DNA of 64,000 nucleotides from Callorhinchus milii (Eukaryota). Below are positions 13,833-24,585 of the stretch, piece by piece. The notes under the pieces are model-generated. The model worked only from the letters and a program-made list of their open reading frames with translations. It was not told where the DNA came from and ran no database searches. Position 1 is the first letter of the stretch; each line of letters begins with the position of its first letter. Location: the NCBI RefSeq assembly GCF_018977255.1, contig NW_024704742.1, forward strand, positions 86,306,001-86,370,000, given 5' to 3'. A program made the position numbers and the translations under genes.

Positions 13833-14155
13833 GGAGTCCTGTAGCTCAGTGGTTAGAGCACTCGCTTTGCAAGTGAGAGACCTGAGTTCAATTCCAGGCA
13901 GGGCGAAACCTTGGGCAAGTTTCCTTACTCCACACGCCTAATAATAATCCCTCCAAAAAACAAAAACAATAATAAATTGGTCATTTTCACTCTACGACTG
14001 TTTGTGGGACATTGCTGTGCGCAATTGGCTGCCGCGTTCGCCCACAAATATACAGTCAATTCACTTTACAGTCTATTCTGTGAAGCGCTTTGGGACGTCC
14101 TCCCGACGTGAAAAGCGCTATATCAAATGCAAGGATTATTATTATTATTATTATT
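13833..14155 (+). mobile_element. Young full-length tRNA-Ala-like SINE with Deu-like core and L2-type tail
   Basis: Head GTAGCTCAGTGGTTAGAGC...TTTGCAA...GAGTTCAATTCC (A/B boxes), core tgtttgtgggacattgctgtgcgcaattggctgccgcg, tail gggacgtcctcccgacgtgaaaagcgctata...(ATT)n; nearly identical to 46916-47233. Confidence 0.9.
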
Positions 14156-15999
14156 AAGTAAAGTTGCAGTCGGTTATAATTTTCTATCGAATGTGCCTTT
14201 TTTTGGTCTGACACATTTGGAAACCCATCACCATGCTTAAGAGAATCCAAACCAGATTGAGTGTTCCATATTTGTATGCCATCCACGCATCCTGCTACCG
14301 AGTTTGGAAAGTATTAGGCACAAAGCTTGACGATCCCAGAGTGTGCGGGGGAGGGGGGCACTGGAGTCTAAAACTGCAAAGCTTGTCATTGAAAGCACTG
14401 TCTGGCAAGCTTCCCACTGCTTGTCCAGCTCAGACCACCATAACGTAAGCAGTTGGCTATCAGGGGTTAGCAGAACTCTAGCTGCTCTCCCTCAAGAAAA
14501 ATTACATAACATTGACTGAAGTAATTTTACTCACGTTTCAGTCTGGAATGCAGCCGATGAATACTTTAATTTATTGTGTGTTCCCATTTGATAAATCGAT
14601 TTGCAAATCCTTGTTCCAGCTCGAAATTTGATGACGTAGATTTGCAAAGTTATTACTCCCCACTAACAATCTCCCTCACCTTCCCCAATCAAATATTGTT
14701 GGCTGTGCTCTAGGGAGATGCAAGTGCCATGTGGATTCCTCTGAAAGTGTATCCAACATCCATTGTGGTACAGCTTGCCAAGCAAAACAAAGAAAAGAAC
14801 GAAGGTTCCTGAGTTAGAGGGTGGTTCTTGTTGGAGAGCACTATAGTAATATGAATAATACAGTAAAATGTTACGCAATGTGACTGACATAGCAGCAAAT
14901 CAAAATTGTTTTTATTAACTAGAATGCTTGCCACTTTTTTAAAAAAAAGCTCGCTCACAGGTTATCTTTCGAATAACTGCCAAATATTGAGGTACCTCAG
15001 CATAAGATTACTATGGAGTAACTGAACAACATCCCCCAACGTATTACAGGTTAGACTCCTATTTTAGTGGCAAAAAAGACCCGACAGATTTATAAATTAT
15101 TATACCAGTTTAATGGATCTAATTACTGTCGTTTTAGAACAATAAGAACTTCACTTTGATAATGTATTGCCTGTTTCAATTCTCTGCAGGAAACTAAATC
15201 TCAAAATTGCCATGTGTACATTTTGTGAAATGCATTTTCTTACACTTGGTTGTCGGGGCCAAATATTATTTTCTTAGAAAAACATTGGATGTACATATGA
15301 AATTCATTACAGTACAACATTAATAATAAGGTTAACTAATCATTCAATTTGTTGCTGTTTACAAGACTACTAGTTACAATTTCAAGATTAACAAATGCCT
15401 GTTGCTTTTGCCTACAAATAGTCACTGCAATGGACAACAATTACCTGTGAAGCACTTTGAGACGCTAAGATGTGACAAGGCCCTATAAAAAAAATGCAAT
15501 TTCTCTATTAACTAATGTCTTATGAGGGGGAATATATTCATATTCAAATAATATTCTGAGGAGAGGTGCATTAAATTAATGCAACCAATTGCATTAGAAA
15601 TAGATAGCATGTGACATGCTATCTCTAAAGATTTCTAACTTTTTCAAACAAAGTTTCCTGAAATTGACAGCCGAGTATTATTTTATAAAACCCGCAATTC
15701 ATCAATATTTGTGATGTCCTTCCGACGTGATAAGGTGCAAAACCAAATGCAAAGATCATTATTATTATTATTTATAAGCTCTATTATTAATACACTTGTT
15801 CTCTGGCATAGCTAAATGCTGTACATATTGTTTCTTCTTGATGAGGGTCACAAAAAAAGCTCAGCACAACACAAACTATAGCCACAAAATGTACAAGGAA
15901 ATGATCTCGCCATCTCTGCTGGAAATAATAATAATCCTTGCATTTAATATAGCCCCTTATCACGTGCAGAACTGTAGCAGTTGGAGCACTCACCTTGCA

Positions 16000-16677
16000 C
16001 TGGCGCTGCCTACCACCACCTCCGTAATGTTACTGCCACTGCCTCACCCCTCAGGCTGCCGAAACCCTCACCCACGCATTCATCACATCAAGGCTCGATT
16101 ACGGGAATTCCCTCCTGATCGGCCTTCCCAACTCTTCCCTTCACAAGCTGCAGATCATCCAAAACTCTGCTGCTCGTGTACTCTCACGCACCAGACTCCA
16201 TGACCCCATCACTCCCACCCTCGCCCGACTCCACTGTTTCCCCATCCCCCAGAGGATCGAGTTCAAGATCCTCATCCTCACTTTCAAGGCCATCCATTGC
16301 CTTGACCCCTCTGACCTGCTGACTCCCTACCAACCTGCCCGTTCCCTCCATTCAGCGGGCTCCGGCCTGCTCCATGTCTCCCACCCGACACGCACGACCA
16401 TCGATGGCCGGGCTTTCAGCCTCTCTGCCCCTACACTCTGGAACTCCATCCCACGGTCCCTTCGCCTCACTTCCTCCCTGTGCCTCCTTCAAGGGCGGTC
16501 TCAAGACCCTCCTCTTCGATCGTACCTTGAGTCGCCCTCCCACCTCTCTGCCTTCCCTCACCCCTACCCCACCCTTTCCCCATGCTCGGGTCCTGACCCC
16601 TGACTGTCCAGGGCCTTGGGACGTCCTCCCGACGTGAAAGGCGCTCTATAAATGTAATTTTGCTGTTGTTGTTGTTG
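16000..16677 (+). mobile_element. L2 LINE 3' fragment
   Basis: Degenerate ORF2 C-terminus plus tail gggacgtcctcccgacgtgaaaggcgctctataaatgtaa...(GTT)n. Confidence 0.85.
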
Positions 16678-17013
16678 CAAGCGAGAGGACCTGGTTTGAT
16701 TCTCTGGCGGGGCGAAACCTTCAAGCAAGTTTCCTTTACTCCACATGCCTTTTGTTTACCTAACACAAAGTAGGAAACCAGTTGTTAGCTGATTGGCAGA
16801 TAGCTTTCCAGGGAGAATAATCCCTCCAAAAAAATTTGGTCACTCAATCCATGGCTGTTTGTGGGACACTGCTGGGGCGCAATTGGATGCCATGTTTGGC
16901 CCACAACATAGAGTCAATTCAAGATACCAGTATATTCTGTGAAGCGCTTTGAGGCGTCTCAACGCCGCAGTAAGGCGCCGGCTGTACCAGAAGCGAGGAT
17001 TACCATATTATTA
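16678..17013 (+). mobile_element. SINE copy, 5' end clipped
   Basis: Same family as 13833, starting at gcaagcgagaggacctggtttgattc. Confidence 0.75.
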
Positions 17014-17989
17014 TCACGCGGCTGAGACGGATCAAAGCGCTTCGCGGGGGGGGATACACCGCAAAGTGGAGCGACTGTGCGCTCTGCGTGGGCGAAACCC
17101 ATTTTGAAAGCGATCCGCATAGAGCACCCAACCCACACACCACACTCGCTGAATTACAAGCGGAAAAACCACACCCAGAACTCTGTCACTGGAAAATTAC
17201 ACCCACACACAGCACACAGGGAGAGGGGGGGGAGAGGGAGGCCCCCTTTTCCAGAGGAACACACGTCAAGCCTTCCCTCACAGTCCACCCCCTCTCTTTT
17301 TTTATTGCTGATTAACATGAAGCCGGTACATGCAATGCAAGCAGCCTCCCCCACAAAAGAAGTTCCAGCCCAGGATCAACCCTTTAATCTTATTTTCTTA
17401 TGTATATTTATATATATTATATATATTATTATTATTAATATTAAAAAAAAAAGCAAAAACACTGCCTCTCTGCTCTCTCCTCCCCCACCAGCACCAGGTT
17501 GTTTGCAATTCTCACGTGTAGTTTAAAAAACACCACACTTTAATCTTTTAGTTTTTAATAAAGAAACCAAAAGTCACCCCTTCCTCACCCCCCCCCCCCT
17601 CACCCCCCCCTTTTCCTCCCCAAACTAGTGGTTAAGCGTGAATTTCATATCCGATTTTTTTTTGGAAAAAAAAGAGAAGACAATTTTTTTTCAACAAAAC
17701 CCACAACAATTCACAGCGTTTGTATTTGAAACCTTTTTATTCAAAAAAAAAGCAACAAAATGCCCCCCCCCCCCCCCCCCCAACTCCTCCCTCCCTCTCC
17801 CTCTCTCTCTCTCTCAACTCAGTATCCAGTGTTGGGCAGTTTCACGGCTACAGTTTCTTTTTTAATTTTAACAAAAAAATACTTTTTAGAAAATGCAGAA
17901 GCATTTCATCTTTTAGTTTGTTTTTTTTGCATAAAAAATATAAACATGAAGCAGGTAAATGAAATGCCCCCCATCCCCCCCCACACCCC

Positions 17990-18240
17990 CCCACACACAC
18001 ACACACAGTGAGAAGTGTTTGGGAGTTTCACACACACACGTGTGTGTATATATATATATGGACATATGTGTAGGGTGTGTACATGTGTGTGTCCATGTGT
18101 GGAGGGTGTGTACGTGTGTGTGTACATGTGGGTTGTGTGTATATGTGTGTGTACGTGTGTGTGGTGTGTGTATGTACATGTGTGTGGTGTGTGTACATGT
18201 GGGTTGTGTGTGTATGTGTGTGTATGCGTACATGTACAGA
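17990..18240. repeat. (TG/CA/TA)n alternating purine-pyrimidine tract
   Basis: Directly visible; lies immediately intronic of the KLF exon 1 donor. Confidence 0.9.
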
Positions 18241-18258
18241 CTGACCCCCGATACTAAC

Positions 18259-18693
18259 CGGTGTGTGTCCTGAAGTGCGCTTTGAGATGCGAGGATTTGC
18301 CGTACACCTTCCCACAGTCCGTGTAGTGGCACTGGTGCTTCCTACCGCCGCCGCCCCCCCCCCGGGCTCCCCGCCGCCCCCCCCGGGCTCCCCCCCGCAG
18401 GGCCGCCCCGGGGGTGCGGGGTCCGGGCCCCGGGTTTCCGAGCTGCTGGAGGGGGGCGGCGGCTCGGCTTTGCTCAGGTCCGCCAGGATCCGCGCCATCA
18501 CGAGGAGCGACCCGTCCCTCCAGCCCTCCCGGTGCGGGTCCCGGCGCGGGTCCCGGTGCGGGTCCCGGTGCTCCCGGTGCGGGTCCCGGTGCTCCCGGTG
18601 CTCCCGGTGCGGGTCCCGGTGCTCCCGGTGCGGGTCCCGGCGCGGGTCCGGTGCTCCGGTGCGGGTCCCGGTGCGGGTCCCGGTGCTCCCGGT
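18259..18693 (-). CDS. KLF9: KLF9 exon 1, partial; opposite strand to exon 2, frameshifted, start codon missing at the gap
   Basis: Minus strand encodes [18 protein letters not shown] (KLF9/13 N-terminal motif) and, after a frameshift in G runs, [29 protein letters not shown]|gttagt (zinc finger 1 plus a phase-1 donor). Confidence 0.8.
18529..18693 (-). repeat. Coding tandem repeat of GACCCGCACCGG (DPHR) and GAGCACCGG (EHR) units
   Basis: Directly visible; runs into the gap. Confidence 0.9.
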
Positions 18694-18718
18694 NNNNNNN
18701 NNNNNNNNNNNNNNNNNN
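18694..18718. other. Assembly gap (25 N)
   Basis: Run of n. Confidence 1.
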
Positions 18719-19559
18719 TGCAGTCGGGCTTTCAGTCTATCTGCCTTCACCCTCTGGAACTCCATCCTTTCACCTGTCCCCTTTGCTCACTTCCTTCAAG
18801 ATCCGTCTCAAAGACCTTCCTCTTTAACCGCGGCTCCGGTCATTCCCAACCCACCACCCCACCCCCTTGGCTTCCATCCCTCTCGAATCCAAACCCCAGC
18901 TTGGGTGCAAACCCTCAACTGTCCAGCATCTTGAGAAGTCCTCCCAACATGAACAACAACTTGCATTTATGTAGCGGCCTTCTCTGGGGGTAAGGTCTTG
19001 GAGTACTTATATAAATACAATTTGGTGTTGTTGGTTATTATATTGTATATCCAGATCACAATGGAATGTGAACTTTTTCTGTGCCCTCAGTTGAAGTTTC
19101 ATTATTATCACTAATAGCATTCTTGACTAGTTGGACTCCACCACGTTTTTGTAATGTCAACTGGACTTTAGTGCAGTACTGTATTCCACTGAACTAAAAT
19201 AATAAGCCCCCCCACAACCCCCATATGTTCAATAGATTTGACTATCCTCAGTGGAGGAGGGGAGGGAGGGGGATGAGGGAAGCAGGTAGTCCTTCGAACT
19301 AAGTTGGTTCTAAATTGATGTGCATGGCAATGGAATATTGGAATCAAGTAAATTTTCTGTGGTGGTCTCAGTAGTTCAATTCCTGAGCAGGTGGGTCCGC
19401 AGCACTCCAAGGCACTGACAAATCAGTCACCCGGAGCGGGATATTTCCCAATAGCGACTGACTTCACCAACAATATCAGTAGTCCAGGTGCCAGAATGAA
19501 CCAATAACTGTACAAACATTAACTTAGCAAAAGCAAAGTTTTTGTCTGAAAGTTATTGG

Positions 19560-19831
19560 TGACTTGTAGCATATTGGTTAGAGCACTCGCCTCGCAAGCA
19601 AGAGCGCTCAAGTTTGATTCCCGGGCATTGGCAGAATCGCTTTCCAGGAGGAATAATCCCTTCAAAAAAAAAAGCAAAAAAACTTAATCCACGACTCTTT
19701 GTGGAATGCTGCTGTGCACAATTGGCTGCCTTGTTTCTCCCACAATTCACTTTACAGCGTATTCTGTGAAGCGCTTTGAGGTGTCTTTAACAACATAAGT
19801 GACTATATGAAATGCAAAGATTATTATTATT
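19560..19831 (+). mobile_element. SINE copy with internal deletion
   Basis: ggttagagcactcgcctcgcaagc head and (ATT)n tail ending about 26 nt before the KLF9 exon 2 acceptor. Confidence 0.8.
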
Positions 19832-19857
19832 GAAATTCTTCTTTTGGCCTTTAACAG

Positions 19858-20075
19858 GAGAAAGACCCTTTCTGTGCAAGTGGACCAACTGCACCAAAAA
19901 GTTTTCTCGTTCCGATGAACTGACGCGGCATTACAGAACCCACACCGGGGAGAAAAGGTACAAGTGCCCGATGTGCGAGAAATGTTTCATGAGAAGCGAC
20001 CACTTGACAAAACACGCTCGCCGCCATCCGGGCTTCCATTCCAGTCTGCTTGAGAAACCATGCAAGAGAAGTTAA
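19858..20075 (+). CDS. KLF9: KLF9 exon 2 (zinc fingers 2-3 and stop)
   Basis: ttaacag|[72 protein letters not shown]...*; KLF9-type [11 protein letters not shown]; lies between TRPM3 and SMC5. Confidence 0.9.
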
Positions 20076-23000
20076 TCTTTCACACGCACAGAGCTCGAGG
20101 CCTCTCAGATCAATATCATGAAAGACAATCTATGAGGGGAACAGATTGGTCAGACTGCTCAGGTCATTTGCAGTCTGCGGGCCTACTCGTCTTTGCTGCT
20201 AAAGTTGAATAAGTTAATCAGTTTGTATTTCCTTATTTTAATGCTATGGTATTGAGCATCCGGCATCAGTTTTTTCAATTCTGGTTAGGATTTTGATTTT
20301 GGGTGCACACTTGCTTGGCAGTAACATTGACTGCCGATTTTATTTCACTTGCAATATTTAACACCATTTAACACAAGAACTGCCGTGTCGTCTGGGTATG
20401 GTTAAAAGCGTGGTCTTCGAAAGGATAAAGCCTCATAATGGGTGATTTCACTTTCTGACTTTGGAAGATTTACTCTGAAAATCCTAAAACCTATCGGTGG
20501 ATCCATAGGTTTGGACAGAGGCTGAGTTCTGCCTTTAATAAACACTGGAAAATGTTCTTTCACCTTTAGTTAAGGATGTAAAAGGTACCTGACTATGCAG
20601 TAGGTTCATTCTCACTGCCAGAGCTCTAAAGATACAAGACTCTCGGTCTTCAATGGTCAGTAAAAGCAAAGCGAGTTACAGATTGAGTGCGACTCACAGA
20701 TTGAGTGCTTTGGTGGGTCTCAGTCCAGTGGTTGCTCAACATAACTCATGTAAAACTGAGTGTAGAGGTTGAACCTGCCTTGCTGGAAGTTGTCCATCAT
20801 GCTACCCTTTTAAGCAAGGTGAATTTCCTGGCCTCAAGACAGTAGGGGAATGAAGTCCAACAACTTTTGGCTTTTTAATGGTTTTGTTCCCTACCTTTTG
20901 GGGGGAAATGCTGAAAAATCTACCTCCTGTTTCTAATCTACAGTACCAGTAAAGTATCTTCACACTGTATGTCTTCAATTTACCCATCTGTGGCATTTCT
21001 GCATAAACATGTTAATTTTTAAGCAACAATATGTACTATGTATGTATTGTCCAGTTTAAACCATTTATTGCATATTTCTGTCGTATTTAAAAGCAATTAT
21101 TCCTACATTCAGCATGTGGAACCTTGAATTTTATTTTTAAAAAGTTATAAACAAGTAAAATCAAAAACTAAAAGTGCATTTTCTTGATTGATAAATGTAT
21201 AAAGTGCCAGAATTAAATCCTTGGCTTGAATCATTAGGAAATTAAACTTGGTATCAATAGAAAACCTACAATGTATCATTATCATAGGAAGTTCAAATGT
21301 ACAATTGAGAGATTTTATTTTTAAAAAATCGCTTGAAATTGTAGTTTATTGCATAAAATAACATAATAAAATTCCACTCTGGTTCTGCACTGTTTGCCTC
21401 CAGTAGATCACAGAGTAAGTGTTTTGGCCAAGAACTATTACAAAAAACATTCAGTGTTAATCCTCTCTTTGGTCAACTGGTCATTGAAACCATATGTCCT
21501 TACAGGTTGAGTACAGGCAATGTGCATCTAATGGATAGTTTGAGTAAATTGCTCACTTGTGCTGGTATGGGGTTCCAAGAAGGTACTGGCCTGGAGGCTG
21601 GAAGGATTTTGCTTACTGCAGCCCACGTGTTATCCCATAGAATGAATTGCCCTTTGAGTTAAGAAAAATGTATTTCTGCTGATCAGCAAAAGTTGCCCTA
21701 GAATTTTGTTCCCAAAGTGCTTTGAATGCGCTAAAACTGCTCGTCAGTTGTTGCAAACCATGCACATTTTAATGCAAATGCCTCATAAATTTTTAAAAGG
21801 TAAATTTGCAAGACATCTGCAAATCCCACAGCCAGTAAAATGAACGATAGACTTTGTACACAATATGGTCTAAACAAATCTGTACAATTAACAAACACCA
21901 CAGACATTGCCTCATGTCCAAGGTGATGAATCCCAGTGATGATCCTCTTACAAGTAGTTTTGTGCTTGAGTCTACAAGCATGGGGCAATCCCATGAGTTT
22001 CAAGATTCATTTAAAAAAGGTTACAAAGACCAGTGGGTCCTCCACTATTTGTTAGACTGAAAAGCTACTGCAGGATGGTAGTTAGCGTCCCGACTGCCTC
22101 AGAATGATCATGATGGACATCATATCAGGCTTGTCACATCAGCATGTAGGAAATAGTTTGCTGTCACAACGTTCTGTCACTTTTTTTTAAAACTCAAGGT
22201 TTCTAAAATTGTTTTATTTAACCTCATCAAACATCTTGCTTTAAACTCAGACGAGCGAGGGAAAGATTCACACAAATTTGGATGCAAATTCCTAACATAG
22301 GAAATCCAGATGCTTGCATGGAAATAAATGTACAGAACAGCTGATCAACACTCAAATCCATGCTTATTCGGTGGAAGCAGTAAAATATGTACATAGATTC
22401 TCTCCAAAACCACAATAAACTTCCCTTGTCCCAATTATGGCAAAGAAATTGCAGTAGTTTGGTCCATAAGTTGAAAACCAGTCATCAGTGTCTAGACAAA
22501 TATCATTTTATTTCAGATCTCATTCTGGTTTGAGATAATAATGTAGTGAAATTCAGTACAAAAATATTTTTACAGAGCACAGCTTTCCCTTCAGCTTTTA
22601 ATTGCAGAATGGTGCTTTACTGGCTGCATTTTTTAAATCTCTGGTTATTATGTGATGTTTTGCCCACAAAACAGTCAATTCACTTTACAGTACATTCCAT
22701 GAAGCGCTTTGAGGTCCGAAGATGTGATAAGGCGCTAAATCAAATGCAAGGAATATTACTATTTCAAATTTCTCAAATTTAAGTCATGGCTTGCTCAGAT
22801 GTTTTTGTGATGTATACTTCACTTTCCAATTGTATCACCAAGAACCAATGGGCAGTGAGTAATGATAGTCCTTGTATTTGATACAGTACCTTATCAAATT
22901 GCTAAGCACTTGTTTTCTATAACCGTCTTAACTACATTTATGGGAAAAGGTGGCACCCGATTTATGCTGGCAATGTCCTAACAACAGACATAAAATGAAG

Positions 23001-23384
23001 ACTATTTTTTAATCTGAAGGATCTTTTGCCCACACAACAGAGAAAATTCCCTTCTCTTGTCAAATAATGCCATGCGATGTTTAATGATCACTTGAATATG
23101 CAGATGGAATTTCACCTTAAATTCTCATCTGAAGGAGAGCATTTCTGACAAAGTGGTGTTCCCCCAGACTGGATTGGAGTATCAGCCTTATGGACTATAA
23201 GCTTAAAGTCCCAATGTAGGCCTTGAACTCAGAACTTTGATTCAGAGGCAAGTGTCAACAATTAAGCCAGGCTGCCTCACAAAAGATGCTGTCCCATTGT
23301 AACATTAAGCTGTGCATATGAAATAGTCACACGGTTTGATGTGCGGTCTATTCAGTTAATTAACCCTGGCCACCACTACAATAT

Positions 23385-23742
23385 GAATCCTGTAGCTCAG
23401 TAGTTAGAGCACTCGCCTCGCAAGCGAGAGACCTCGGTTCTATTCCTGCAGGGTGAAATGTTGGCCAAGTTTCCTTACTCAACACTCTTCTGTTTACCTA
23501 GCAGTAAGCAGGAACCTGATTGTTGGTTGATTGGCGGATCGCTTTTCCAGGGATAATAATCCTTAAAAGAAAAATTTGGTCACTCAATCCACGACTGTCT
23601 GTGGAACACTACTGTGCGCAATTGGCTGCCGCATTTCGCCCACAAATATACAGTCAATTCACTTTACAGTATATTCTGTGAAGCGATTTGAGACATCTCA
23701 ACAACGTTAAAAGGCATTATATTAAATCCAAGGATGATTATT
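23385..23742 (+). mobile_element. Full-length SINE
   Basis: atcctgtagctcagtagttagagcactcgcc head through the tail. Confidence 0.85.
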
Positions 23743-23814
23743 AATGTTGTTTACTTGCAAACTGCTGGTAAGTTTTACTTCTGCTTAAAATTATGCAATA
23801 AAACCATATAGAGC

Positions 23815-24585
23815 CATAAGAAATCCATGAATAGAAACAAGCCATTCGGGCCATTATGTCTGTGCCGGCTCCCTCAGTTGCAATCCTTTCAGTGCCATTT
23901 ATCTGTCCTTTCCCCATAGCCCTCTAGTTGACTCTTTTGAAAGTATTTGTCTAGCTTCCTTTTGAAGGCCAATATGGATTTTAACTCAACTACCACTCTC
24001 GGCAGGGCATTCCATATCCTAACTACTCTTGTGTGTGAAAAAATGTCTCCTAACATTCCCATTTTCAGAATCTTATGCCCTCTAGTCACAGACTCACTGA
24101 CCAGTAGAATAATTTCTCATGACTATATCTATCAAATTGCCTCAGAATTTGTAAAGAATTTTATCAGGTCACCATTAATTTCTTTGTTCCAGTGAAATAT
24201 GTCCCAGTCTCCCCTCATAAGCCAAACCACTCATCCTTGGTATCATCCTAACAAATCTCCTCTGTACCCCCTCTACTGCCTTGACATCTTTCCAAAAGTG
24301 GACTGATCAATACTGCACACAATATTCTAACTGTAGTCTAACTAACAATTTAAATAAGTTTAGCATGATCGCTTTGGTTTTATTTTCTAGATCCTTATTT
24401 ATAAGACCCAAGAATCCATTAACTTTTTGACAGCTTTGCCCACCTGCCCTCCCACCTTTAAGGATTTAGGTATGTTATCCCCCAAGTCCCTCTGCTCGTC
24501 TAATCCTTTTAATATTTTACCATCCAACATATCCTTGGTCTCCTTGTTCACCACCCCAAAATGTATAATTGCATATTTGTTCACA
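23815..24585 (-). mobile_element. CR1-type LINE 3' fragment
   Basis: RVVRIWNALPRVVVELKSILAFKRKLDKY and EQRDLG motifs on the minus strand. Confidence 0.8.

Noticed and set aside
13833..13910. tRNA-Ala(TGC)-like gene, also at 46916 and 23385
   Set aside because: These are SINE heads continuous with the SINE core and tail, without a proper acceptor stem
18263..18993. Plus-strand repeat ORFs (RCGS, GPGA, VPVR)
   Set aside because: They are antisense readings of KLF9 exon 1 and run through the N gap
936..20075. TRPM1-KLF13 assignment (ARILADL is KLF13-like)
   Set aside because: The TRPM3-type tail, [11 protein letters not shown] with a short C-terminus, and adjacency to SMC5 fit the TRPM3-KLF9 block
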